Part shown: positions 45,886 through 54,008 of the stretch, piece after piece
Layout: each line of letters starts with the position of its first letter
Position numbering within the stretch: position 1 is the stretch's first letter
Assembly: GCA_052390515.1 (NCBI GenBank)
Contig: JBQTGV010000068.1
Location: 16,760-80,759, forward strand
DNA length: 64,000 nucleotides
Direction of reading: 5' to 3'
From: Candidatus Eiseniibacteriota bacterium
GTDB taxonomy: Bacteria; ARS69
Notes under the pieces: model-generated
Databases searched by the model: none
The model's input: only the letters and a program-made list of their open reading frames with translations
Told to the model about the DNA's origin: nothing
Program-made: the position numbers and the translations under genes

Positions 45886-46393
45886 GCAGCACGTCGAGGT
45901 CGCCGCCGGGCAGGTCGGTGCGCCCGATCGAGCCCGCGAAGAGCACGTCCCCCGAGACGACGTCGTCCCCGTGAGCGAGGCTCACATGACCGGGCGAATG
46001 TCCCGGCGTGTGCAGGACGTGCAGCGTGCAACGTCCCAGGGTGAACGGACGTCCCGGAACGAGGTCGCCGTCCGGCGGCGGCGGCTTCGGCCAGTCGAGC
46101 CCGAACATCGCGACCTGCTCCTCGAAGCCGTCGACCAGCCACCGATCGTCCGGATGCATCAGGATCGGCACGTCCCAGCGGGCACGGATGGTGCCGTTGC
46201 CGGCGACGTGATCGACGTGGCCGTGCGTGTTGAGGATGGCCACCGGGGCCGCGCCCAGTTCATCGAGGCGCCTCACGAGGCGAAGGGCCTCGTCGCCCGG
46301 ATCCACCACGACGAGCTTGCCGGTCTCCTCGCACCGGAGGAGGTACGAGTTGACCTGGAAGATGCCCATCGGAAAGACTTCGATCTTCACCAC
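45734..46393 (-). CDS. MBL-fold metallo-hydrolase (glyoxalase II-like)
   Basis: FQVNSYLL, ILNTHGHVDHVAGN (HxHxDH), TPGHSPGHVS, VSGDVLFAGSIGRTDLPGG, IHPGHGPATTIG. Confidence 0.85.
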   Translation of the reverse strand: MVKIEVFPMGIFQVNSYLLRCEETGKLVVVDPGDEALRLVRRLDELGAAPVAILNTHGHVDHVAGNGTIRARWDVPILMHPDDRWLVDGFEEQVAMFGLDWPKPPPPDGDLVPGRPFTLGRCTLHVLHTPGHSPGHVSLAHGDDVVSGDVLFAGSIGRTDLPGGDLDVLLKSIDEVLVPLGDATRIHPGHGPATTIGRERRSNPFLQSELRAELRRAYG

Positions 46394-46944
46394 AGACCCT
46401 CGACCCAGGAACGGTCGAGATCCTCAGCATCCTTGTTACGGCTCGTCCGAGACATCCCCGCCTGCTCGCAGCACCTGGCGCACAGGCCGTGGAAGAGCAA
46501 CGGGTATCTCTCGATGCGGAAGCCCGTGCGCCCGGCGACCATCTCGCGGATGGCCGCAGCCTCGGGAAGCTCCACGTCCGCCACCTCACCGCAACGAACG
46601 CAGCGCACGTGCTCGTGGGGATCGTGCAGCGTCCCGTCGTAGCGCGAAGGCGAAGCGCCACCGGAGAACTCGTGGATCAGACCCTTTTCCTTCAACAGGC
46701 GCAGCGTGCGGTAGACGGTGGCCAGGCTGATCTCGGGAAGGTGGCGGCGGGCCTCGAGGTGGATCCACTCCGCGGTGGGATGCTGGTAGCAGGCGCGAAC
46801 GAGGCGAAGGACGATCTCCCGCTGCGGGGTCCGGCGCAGACCGACGCGCCGCCAGTCGGGAACGCCGAAATCCGCCGGCACCGAAGAGTCGCTCGGCCCG
46901 GCCGGAAACGAGTCCATCGCCTTCGCGGTCTCGTCCAAGTCCAT
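46387..46944 (-). CDS. Fur-family metalloregulator (Fur/Zur/PerR not distinguishable)
   Basis: RRTPQREIVLRLV, HPTAEWIHLEARRHLPEISLATVYRTLRLLKEKGLI, HEHVRCVRCGEVADVE, FHGLCARCC (CxxC…CxxC). An N-terminal extension of about 40 aa. Lies 11 nt downstream of the sigma-factor stop. Confidence 0.8.
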   Translation of the reverse strand: MDLDETAKAMDSFPAGPSDSSVPADFGVPDWRRVGLRRTPQREIVLRLVRACYQHPTAEWIHLEARRHLPEISLATVYRTLRLLKEKGLIHEFSGGASPSRYDGTLHDPHEHVRCVRCGEVADVELPEAAAIREMVAGRTGFRIERYPLLFHGLCARCCEQAGMSRTSRNKDAEDLDRSWVEGLW

Positions 46945-46955
46945 CCACCCGCGCT

Positions 46956-47828
46956 CTAGTTGAGATGCGCCTCGAGCCGCCTGTTCAGGGCGCCCGCCCG
47001 GAGCCGCTGCAGTGCGCGGTCCTTCAACTGGCGGATGCGTTCTTTGGAAAGGTGCAGCTTCTCGCCGATCTCGCCCAGGGTGTACGGCTCCTCGCCGGTC
47101 AGCCCGAAGTACAGGTTGATGATCAGCTCTTCGCGCTGGCTGAGCGACTCGACCGCCTCGCGGACGTCCTGGGAGCGCTCCCCGCCCTCGAGCCCGAGAT
47201 CCGGGGGCAGGGCGTCGGAGTCGTCCGCGATCCGGTTGAGCGGAGCTTCCCGCTCGGGATCCTCGTAGTCCGTCACCATCGAGTAGGCGCGGACCGAGGC
47301 CATCGCCTCCTGGATCTCCACCCCGGACCGGCCCACCGCGTCGGCAATCTCCTCGAGCGACGGCTCGCGCTCCAGGCGCTTCTCGAGCGTCTCCTCCGCA
47401 CGGCAGACGTCCCGCAGCGTGTCCCTTCGGCTGTGCGGGTAGTGAACGAGGTGGAGCTGATCGGCGAACGCTTTGTTCAGATTCCGCCGGATCCACCACA
47501 CGGCGTACGAGATGAACGCGCACCCGCGGCGCTCGTCGAACCGCCGAGCCGCCTCGTACAGGCCGAGGTTGCCCTCGGTGACCAGGTCGGCGAGCGGGAT
47601 CCCGCGGTTCATGTACCGCTTGGCGATATTCACCACGAAGCGGAGGTTGGCCTGCACCAGCTCGTGCACGGCCTCCTCGTCGCCGGACCGGATCCGGCGC
47701 CCGAGCTTCTGCTCCTGATCCCTGGTGAGCAGGGGAATCCGACCGATGTCGCGGAGGTACATCCCGAAGGAGTCATCGAGCGGGACCTGGTTCTTGCGGT
47801 TCGCACGCTTGAGATGGCCGACGCTCAT
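46956..47828 (-). CDS. RpoD-family (group 1/2-like, short) RNA polymerase sigma factor
   Basis: Region 1.2 YLRDIGRIPLLTRDQE. Region 2 LVQANLRFVVNIAKRYMNRGIPLADLVTEGNLGLYEAARRFD...FISYAVWWIRRN. Region 4 YTLGEIGEKLHLSKERIRQLKDRALQRLR. ATG 47828 with SD GGAGAGGAGGG. Confidence 0.85.
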   Translation of the reverse strand: MSVGHLKRANRKNQVPLDDSFGMYLRDIGRIPLLTRDQEQKLGRRIRSGDEEAVHELVQANLRFVVNIAKRYMNRGIPLADLVTEGNLGLYEAARRFDERRGCAFISYAVWWIRRNLNKAFADQLHLVHYPHSRRDTLRDVCRAEETLEKRLEREPSLEEIADAVGRSGVEIQEAMASVRAYSMVTDYEDPEREAPLNRIADDSDALPPDLGLEGGERSQDVREAVESLSQREELIINLYFGLTGEEPYTLGEIGEKLHLSKERIRQLKDRALQRLRAGALNRRLEAHLN

Positions 47829-47900
47829 GGTGGACCCTCCTCTCCCCGGTTCTCGGCGCACGACGCTCTGTACACCGAAGAATGAGAATCGTTCCTAAGT

Positions 47901-47930
47901 CTTATACGGCTAGATGCGAACTGGACGCAA
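47901..47930 (-). promoter_or_regulatory. Candidate sigma-70 promoter TTGCGT-18 nt-TATAAG for the sigma-fur-MBL operon
   Basis: On the minus strand: TTGCGT (47930-47925) and TATAAG (47906-47901). It lies inside the most AT-rich pocket of the window, about 70 nt upstream of ATG 47828. Confidence 0.45.
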
Positions 47931-47945
47931 GTGATTTTTGTCACA
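47930..47945. promoter_or_regulatory. CRP-type inverted repeat aGTGA-N6-TCACA abutting the -35 element
   Basis: aGTGATTTTTGTCACA matches TGTGA-N6-TCACA at 9 of 10 positions. Its centre is about 42-44 nt upstream of the inferred TSS, which is class-II geometry. Confidence 0.35.
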
Positions 47946-48033
47946 TGTGGAAAGACCCTACTTGGGCGAGGGGCGCGGCCCAGCGACAGATGCGGCTGGC
48001 ATCTGGCGCCGGCCGTCCGGAGCCTGCGGAAGG

Positions 48034-48834
48034 TCACTCACTTCCCCGGAAGGCCCCGCGCCACCACTCATTCGCCTTGATCGGGGTGAGGACGGTCCGA
48101 TCCGGGTCGGCAGGCGGGGCGAAGGTCGTCCGCGGCAGGTTGCGGTCCGGAATCAGCTGCCCGAGGCGCACGCGCAGAACGCCCTCCCCCCCGGCGATTT
48201 CGATCCGGTGCGGCCAGTCGATTCCACGCCGCAACGTCCACTCGGACCAGGAGATCGTCCAGGCACCGCCGTTATAGACCTGCGGCCGTCCGGCGCCGTC
48301 CAGGCGAAGTGTCCAGCCTTCGCCTCGAAGAACCGGTCCATCGGGGCCGCGCGCGAGTTCGGCTTCGGCCTCCGGCGGAGGAGCGCCACCCCACGGATCG
48401 GCCAGCAACGCCACGAGCATCCGTTCCGGATCGATCGGAAGCCCCGCCCAGCCCGAGTCCCGGCGCGCGCCGGCGATCCGAACTCGCTCGCGGGGGACGT
48501 CGATCCAGGTCGAGTCCGCGCCGGCCACCATCTCGAAGATGGTGAAGAACGCGGCGCTTCTGGCCTCGAGGCGGAGCCGCCCGCCCCGCTGGTACACCAA
48601 GGACGCGGAGCAACCCTCCGGTGCGGCTCCGTCCGCACCGAACCAGGCGAGCTCCAGCCCCGCACGCAGCGTCTCCACGCCCTTCGCGCGCTCGCGGACG
48701 CGGTCGACGAGCTCCGACCGACCCGGCGGTGCGAGTCCCTCGGCGTCGGGCCGAGGGCCGGAGGGACCGCACGCAGCCGCCGCGGCCGCCACGGCGAGGA
48801 CTCCCGCCAAGCGGGCCAGTCCCCGCCTCACCAT
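48034..48834 (-). CDS. Lipoprotein of unknown function (LolA/DUF4292-like suspected)
   Basis: Lipobox AAAAACG after MVRRGLARLAGVLAV. The mature part is soluble and beta-rich. The start overlaps the rhomboid stop by 7 nt. Confidence 0.6.
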   Translation of the reverse strand: MVRRGLARLAGVLAVAAAAAACGPSGPRPDAEGLAPPGRSELVDRVRERAKGVETLRAGLELAWFGADGAAPEGCSASLVYQRGGRLRLEARSAAFFTIFEMVAGADSTWIDVPRERVRIAGARRDSGWAGLPIDPERMLVALLADPWGGAPPPEAEAELARGPDGPVLRGEGWTLRLDGAGRPQVYNGGAWTISWSEWTLRRGIDWPHRIEIAGGEGVLRVRLGQLIPDRNLPRTTFAPPADPDRTVLTPIKANEWWRGAFRGSE

Positions 48835-49517
48835 CGCGAGCTCCGGAGCGCGGACCGGCGGGCGATGAGCGGGAAGGCCAGCAGCCCGACGGCGAACCCG
48901 CCGAGGTGCTCGAACCAGGCGATCGGACCGCCCCCGCCTCCGAGGCTGCCGAGCAGCTGGGCCAGGAACCACACCCCGATCACCACCGCGGCCGGAAGGC
49001 GGAAGTTGCCGGTCACGAAGATGAGATAGAGGAACGTGGTGACCTTCGCGTCGGGGAAGCCGATCAGGTAGGCACCGAGGATTCCGGCGATCGCCCCGCT
49101 CGCCCCGACGACGGGAGCGGTCGACCCCGGCTCCGCGAGAGCGTGCCCCAGATGTCCTCCGAGCCCGCAGGCCACGAAGAACGCCACGAACTTCCACGTT
49201 CCCAGAACTCCCTCGATGCGGGCGCCGAAGATCCCGAGGTAGAGGAGGTTCGCGGCCAGGTGCACGATGTTCGCGTGCAGGAACATCGAGGTCAGAGCCG
49301 AGAGCGGCGCGTCCCCGGCGAGGACCCGCGCGGGTGCGAAACCCCACTCCCGGAAGAGCGCCTCCTGCTTCCCGGCTGTCGCGGTCAGCAGGAAGACGAC
49401 CGCCTCGACCGCGATGAGGGACGCCGTGGCGAGCCAGGCGTCGCGTCCCTGCCGGTCGGCCTTCCACGGAAGAAACACGATCTCCCCGCACCAGGAACAC
49501 GAAGGCTCCGCCGCCAC
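48828..49517 (-). CDS. Rhomboid-family intramembrane serine protease
   Basis: FLHANIVHLAANLLYL (HxxxN), GASGAIAGILGAY (GxSG), FEHLGGFAVG (His); six TM helices. Confidence 0.85.
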   Translation of the reverse strand: MAAEPSCSWCGEIVFLPWKADRQGRDAWLATASLIAVEAVVFLLTATAGKQEALFREWGFAPARVLAGDAPLSALTSMFLHANIVHLAANLLYLGIFGARIEGVLGTWKFVAFFVACGLGGHLGHALAEPGSTAPVVGASGAIAGILGAYLIGFPDAKVTTFLYLIFVTGNFRLPAAVVIGVWFLAQLLGSLGGGGGPIAWFEHLGGFAVGLLAFPLIARRSALRSSRW

Positions 49518-49559
49518 GCGACGGAGCCTTGCGCCGAGCCGCCTGGCGAGCCCGATGCC

Positions 49560-49976
49560 CTACCGGGCCAGCGCCTCCGCCTCCACGATCAGCATCTTCG
49601 GACCATAGTTCAGGAATGCCACGTCGATGGCTGCCCGGCCGCCGGCCAGATCCCGGCGACGGATGACCTTGCCCACATCGCGCCAGGTCTGGTGGTAGAT
49701 GAACTCTCCGACCTCGTAGGACTGTTCCGGGACGTACGTCCGGAACTCGTCCGGCGCCGGCGCGCCGAAGTCGCCCACGTCGTGGGCCCGCGCGACGCTC
49801 TGCCCGTCGGCGTCGTACGTGAAGCACACGAGGGCGTTGCACGCGCCGCAGTTGGTCCACTCGAGCCCCGTCTCGTCGACGGCACGCAGGACCTGCATCT
49901 TCCGCCGCTTGCGGCAGCGGGGGCAGACCAGGAACCGTGTCGCCCGCTCGGGCGGGCTCGAAACCGTTGAGGACAT
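49560..49976 (-). CDS. Zinc-ribbon protein of unknown function
   Basis: CPRC…CGAC pair (FLVCPRCRKRRK…WTNCGACNALV). ATG 49976 is preceded by AGGAGAAGG. The longer 177-aa track ORF has no SD. Confidence 0.55.
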   Translation of the reverse strand: MSSTVSSPPERATRFLVCPRCRKRRKMQVLRAVDETGLEWTNCGACNALVCFTYDADGQSVARAHDVGDFGAPAPDEFRTYVPEQSYEVGEFIYHQTWRDVGKVIRRRDLAGGRAAIDVAFLNYGPKMLIVEAEALAR

Positions 49977-50261
49977 CGCCTTCTCCTGCTTTCGGATCAG
50001 CCTCTCGCGCCGCTCATGGGGCGTACGCGCCGAGCTCCGGGAGGACGCGCCCCCGCCGATCGCCCGTTTGCCGCGAATCTTGACAGGCATCATTCAAGAA
50101 ACGCGAAAAAAGTCAAGCACAAAGTAACTGACGATTACTGCCGGCCACTCTCTGCTCTGCGCCTCGTTCCTCACGGCCGGGATAACCCCCTGCCCGAGCG
50201 CATGTTCCGTCCTTCACAAGGAGGAACCGGCGCAGGCCCGACTCGACGCCTTCAGCGCCGC

Positions 50262-50300
50262 CTTCATAAAGAGAGGGGCGGAGAGATGCTCCCCGCCCCC
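50262..50300 (-). terminator. Intrinsic terminator after the basic-protein gene
   Basis: Minus strand: GGGGCGG…CCGCCCC stem followed by TCTCTTTAT. It starts about 20 nt after stop codon 50320-50322. Confidence 0.6.
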
Positions 50301-50319
50301 CCTCGCAAGCCCTCAACGG

Positions 50320-50538
50320 TCAGGCGCGCTTCCGTCTGCGGCGCCGCCGCGGTTTGGCATCCGCAGCACCGGCCTTCGCCTTCCGCCGCCGCCGCCGCTT
50401 GGCCTTGGCCTTACCTTTGGCCTTGCCGCGACGCTTGGCTTTGCCCTTGGCCTTGCGACGACGCTTGGCACCAGCCTTCCGCCTCGCCTTCCCCTTCGAC
50501 TTTCCCTTGGCTTTCGCCTTGGAGCGAGCCATCGCCAT
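50320..50538 (-). CDS. 72-aa extremely basic Lys/Arg/Ala-rich protein (histone-H1/protamine-like)
   Basis: MAMARSKAKAKGKSKGKARRKAGAKRRRKAKGKAKRRGKAKGKAKAKRRRRRKAKAGAADAKPRRRRRRKRA. SD GGAGGT 9 nt upstream of ATG 50538. An intrinsic terminator lies downstream. Confidence 0.65.
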   Translation of the reverse strand: MAMARSKAKAKGKSKGKARRKAGAKRRRKAKGKAKRRGKAKGKAKAKRRRRRKAKAGAADAKPRRRRRRKRA

Positions 50539-50665
50539 TACGGGCGTACCTCCATTCAGGATCACGACCCGCGGATGCGGGCCTCTACCGTTTCCGGAAA
50601 CGGCGCCCCGACTCCGGGAGTCGGGATTCGAGAAGCGCCGCGTGACTGCCGTCCTCGGACGGAAG

Positions 50666-51043
50666 TCACTTCGCGCTTCCGGTCGCGTCGTCCCTCCGGT
50701 CCAGCAACCTGCCCACCAGAGACCGGATGTCGTCCAGGTCGAAAGGCTTGCCGACCCTGGCCCCGGTCTCGTCCAGCTCGAACCCCCTCCGCGGGTGCCG
50801 TGTCGTCATCAAGACGACCTTCGCCGCGGGGCGGATCCGCCGGAACCGTTCCACGAACTCCGGTTCCGGTCCGCGCGGCTCCGTCGCGATCAGCAGATCG
50901 AAGGGAACCGTGCGGGACTTGCGAATCGCCTCGTCCCGGTCCGCCGCAGTCTCCACCCGATAGCCCGCGTCGGTCAGGTCGAGAGCGAGGGCACGAGTCG
51001 TGACCGGTTCGTCGTCCGTGAGGATGAGGAGCCGTTTCGACAT
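50666..51043 (-). CDS. Stand-alone CheY-like receiver domain lacking the canonical phospho-acceptor Asp
   Basis: LLILTDDEP (acidic pair), VVLMTT (Thr) and VGKPFDLDD (Lys) are all present. The acceptor position reads FDLLIATEP, with Thr instead of Asp. Confidence 0.75.
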   Translation of the reverse strand: MSKRLLILTDDEPVTTRALALDLTDAGYRVETAADRDEAIRKSRTVPFDLLIATEPRGPEPEFVERFRRIRPAAKVVLMTTRHPRRGFELDETGARVGKPFDLDDIRSLVGRLLDRRDDATGSAK

Positions 51044-51098
51044 CGGTGCCGACCGCCACTCGAACGAGGCGCATCACATCCGCGCCGCCCTTCCTCCA

Positions 51099-51114
51099 CG
51101 CATGAGACGTGCCA
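51099..51114 (-). promoter_or_regulatory. Sigma-54 (-24/-12) promoter TGGCACG-N4-ATGCG upstream of the receiver gene
   Basis: The minus strand reads TGGCACGTCTCATGCG. GG and GC have the canonical 10-nt separation and the -24 half is perfect. It lies 56 nt upstream of ATG 51043 and directly downstream of a sigma-54 activator gene. Confidence 0.65.
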
Positions 51115-51324
51115 CAGCGCTCGCGCAAACGACTTGCGTGCAGGTGGACGCGCGCACGCTGTGCGAGCGAAGGTGATAACTCGCGTCACGCAACGGACTA
51201 GCAGCGATGGTCGCAACTACTTCGAGAAGGTGCGGGCGGCTCGGTGGTTGCCACGAAGGCGATGCGCGACACGCGCGCGCCGTCAAAACTTTCGACAGGT
51301 CGAGCCGTGCAGCGTCAATTTCTT

Positions 51325-52752
51325 TTACGGCGACGCCGGCGCGGACGAAGCGTCGTCGCGCTCGCCCACTTCCCTGCGATCGGGATCGGTGGCGTTGGGA
51401 TGGCCGTACATCTTGAGCTTGTTCAGCAGAGTCTGGCGGGTGATGCCGAGGATCTCCGCCGCCCGCGTGCGATTCCCCTCGACCTCATCGAGAATGCGGA
51501 AAATGTGCTCCCGCTCCACCTCGGCGAGCGGAAGCGCTCCCCGATCCACGAGCCCGCGCACGCGACGGAGCGACGAGCTCCCCCGAATCTTCTGAGAGAG
51601 GTGCTCCGGGCGAATGACGTCGCAGTCCTCGAGCAGCACCACCCGCTCCATCGCGTTTCGCAGCTCTCGCACGTTGCCGGGCCACCCGTAGCTCTCGAGG
51701 CACTCCAGCGCCTCGTCGGACAGGGTGAGCCCGGGCTTTGCGGCCTGCTCGCGGAACTCCGCGACGAAGCGGTTGGCCAGGTAGGCGATGTCCCCCTCCC
51801 GCTCCCGCAAGCTCGGCAGGGTGACGTGGATCACCTTCAGGCGGTGGAGCAGGTCCTTCCGGAAATCGCCGGTCTCGCTGGCGACGTCCAGGTCCTTGTT
51901 CGTGGCCGCCACGATCCGTAGATCGACCTCCCGGTCCTCGCGCCCGCCGAGACGCCGGAACCGCCGGTCCTCGATGAATGTCAGCAGCTTCGCCTGGGCG
52001 GCCGAACCGGCGTCGCCGATCTCGTCGAGGAACAGCGTGCCCTGGTCGGCGATCTCGGCGAGACCCTTCCGGGTCTCCTGCGCGTCGGTGAACGTGCCGC
52101 GCTCGTGGCCGAAGAGTTCGCTCTCGAAGAGGGACTCGGGAATGGCGGAGCAGTTCAGCTTCACGAAGGGCTGGCCGCGCCGATCCGACTCGTAGTGCAG
52201 GGCCCGCGCCACGAGCTCCTTTCCGGTCCCGGTCTCCCCCTGGACGAGGACGGTCCGCGCACCGCTGCGCACGACCTTGCGGATGGTGCTGCGCACCTCG
52301 GCGATCACCTCCGACTCGCCCAGGATGCGATCCAGCCCGACCGCCTCGATCCGGCGCTCTTCCTGGCCCCGGAGAGCCTCGCGCATCCGGGAGGCGTTGA
52401 GCGTCTGGGTCACGCAGCGGACCATCTCGTCCAGGTCGTAGGGCTTCTGCACGTAGTCGTCCGCGCCGAGCTTCATCGCCTGCACGACGTCCTGCACGTC
52501 CCCGTACGCGCTGATCATGATGGTGACCGTGCCGGGAGACCTCGTCTTGAGGTCGCGGAGCACGTCCAGTCCCGATGCGTCCTCCAGCTTGAGGTCCACG
52601 ACCGCGACGTCGGGCGGCTGCGCCTCGACGAAGCGGATGGCCGCGCGCCCGGACTCCGCGGTGCATACCGAGAACCCCTCCTCCTCCAGGGCCCGCCGCA
52701 GCATGGTGCGGACTCCCTCCTCGTCGTCCACGACCAGGACCTGATCGCTCAT
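51325..52752 (-). CDS. NtrC-family sigma-54-dependent response regulator (receiver + AAA+ + HTH)
   Basis: Receiver VLVVDDEEGV…VAVVDLKLED…YVQKPYD. AAA+ domain VLVQGETGTGKELVARALH, the GAFTGA-type loop ESELFGHERGTFTDA, GTLFLDEIGD, RIVAATN. HTH domain GNRTRAAEILGITRQTLLNKLK. ATGA overlap with the kinase gene. Confidence 0.9.
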   Translation of the reverse strand: MSDQVLVVDDEEGVRTMLRRALEEEGFSVCTAESGRAAIRFVEAQPPDVAVVDLKLEDASGLDVLRDLKTRSPGTVTIMISAYGDVQDVVQAMKLGADDYVQKPYDLDEMVRCVTQTLNASRMREALRGQEERRIEAVGLDRILGESEVIAEVRSTIRKVVRSGARTVLVQGETGTGKELVARALHYESDRRGQPFVKLNCSAIPESLFESELFGHERGTFTDAQETRKGLAEIADQGTLFLDEIGDAGSAAQAKLLTFIEDRRFRRLGGREDREVDLRIVAATNKDLDVASETGDFRKDLLHRLKVIHVTLPSLREREGDIAYLANRFVAEFREQAAKPGLTLSDEALECLESYGWPGNVRELRNAMERVVLLEDCDVIRPEHLSQKIRGSSSLRRVRGLVDRGALPLAEVEREHIFRILDEVEGNRTRAAEILGITRQTLLNKLKMYGHPNATDPDRREVGERDDASSAPASP

Positions 52753-53978
52753 GCGGCGCTCGTCTCGGGGACTCTCTCGGGCGTCTCCGGCTTCGCCGCG
52801 TCCGCGTTCTTGGGCAGCGGGATGGGCAGGATGACCGTGAAGCGGGCGCCGCCGTCGGCGTTGTTGGTCGCGGAGATCAGACCGCCGTGGGCCTTGCAGA
52901 TGCGCTGGCTGATCGACAGCCCGAGACCCAGGCCCTTGGAGCTCGAGGAGATGAACGGCTCGAAGATCTCGCCGGACGCGCCCTCGGGGATCCCCGGCCC
53001 GGTGTCGCTGAACGCGATCCGCACGCCGGTCGGGGCGGCCCGGTTGGAGCGCGGGGAGAGCCAGCTCGAGACGCGCAGGGTGCCGCCCTTCTTCCGCATG
53101 GCGTTCCGGGCGTTCATGATGATGTTGAGAAAGACCTCCCGCATCATGCTGCCGTCCACGTTGAGCAGGGGCAGCCCCTCCTCGAGGTCGGTCTCGAGAC
53201 CGATGCCGGCGGCGACGAGCGAGTCCCGGGCGAGCGCCACCGAATCCGAGAGCACCCGGTTCACGCTGGTCAGGCGCCGGCGCGGCGCGGGCGGCCGGGA
53301 ATAGGCGAGGAAGTCGGAAATCACCTGCTCGATCCGATCCAGCTCCTTGATCGACGCGGTGAGGCTCTCGCGGTTCGCGTCGTCGCGCTCCAGGTGCTTC
53401 AGGACGTACTGGATCGTGGTCCGGATCCCGGTCAGGGGGTTGCGGATCTCGTGGGCGATGCCCGCGGAGATGGTCCCGAGCGAGAGCAGGCGGCGCGTCT
53501 CCGCCCCGAAGCTCCCGATCCACTCGCCTTCGGCCGCGTTGCGGAGCACCCCGACGCAGTGGATCCCTCTTCCGTCCGGATTGCGGGTCGACGTGTAGTC
53601 CGACTCCAGGAAGCGGACGTCCCCACCCTTCGACGTGATCAGGGTGGGAAGGGTCGAGCGGGTCCGTCCCTGGTCCAAGAGGGGCTGGAGGGGACACCCC
53701 TCGTCGCAGAGGAGCGTGCCGTCCGTGTCCTGACAGCGGAGGATCTCGGTGCAGGGCCGGCCGACGGCCTCTTCGCGCTTCCACTCCAGCGTGGACTCGG
53801 CGGACGCGGAGAACTCCACGATCCGGCGATCGGCGTCGATCACGATGATGGCGTCGCGGTTGGCCTCGAGCAACGCGTCGAGGACTCCGGTGTGCAGGTC
53901 GCGCTGCAGCAGCGAGCGCGACCCGCCGGGCGAGGCTCTGTCGTCACCGCGCCGTCGACTGACCCTTCCCATCGGCAC
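52749..53978 (-). CDS. PAS-domain sensor histidine kinase (cytoplasmic)
   Basis: PAS domain (AIIVIDADRRIVEFSASAE…) with four Cys residues. H-box GIAHEIRNPLTGI. N box NIIMNARNAM. G boxes SDTGPGIP and GLGLGLSI. Confidence 0.9.
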   Translation of the reverse strand: MPMGRVSRRRGDDRASPGGSRSLLQRDLHTGVLDALLEANRDAIIVIDADRRIVEFSASAESTLEWKREEAVGRPCTEILRCQDTDGTLLCDEGCPLQPLLDQGRTRSTLPTLITSKGGDVRFLESDYTSTRNPDGRGIHCVGVLRNAAEGEWIGSFGAETRRLLSLGTISAGIAHEIRNPLTGIRTTIQYVLKHLERDDANRESLTASIKELDRIEQVISDFLAYSRPPAPRRRLTSVNRVLSDSVALARDSLVAAGIGLETDLEEGLPLLNVDGSMMREVFLNIIMNARNAMRKKGGTLRVSSWLSPRSNRAAPTGVRIAFSDTGPGIPEGASGEIFEPFISSSSKGLGLGLSISQRICKAHGGLISATNNADGGARFTVILPIPLPKNADAAKPETPERVPETSAA

Positions 53979-54008
53979 CTTGCGCGGCGAGCGTGCCGCG
54001 TCGACGCG

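Noticed and set aside
47879-47899. Fur-box-like sequence (GAATGAGAATCGTTCCTAA) near the inferred TSS of the sigma-fur operon, suggesting autoregulation.
   Set aside because: It matches only about 8 of 12 positions of one half of the 19-bp Fur consensus. It shows no clear dyad symmetry.
50354-51595. A 413-aa + strand ORF spanning the basic-protein gene, the receiver gene and the sigma-54 promoter gap.
   Set aside because: It lies antisense to two genes that have SDs and motifs, it crosses an intergenic region, and its translation is low-complexity Arg/Pro/Ala.
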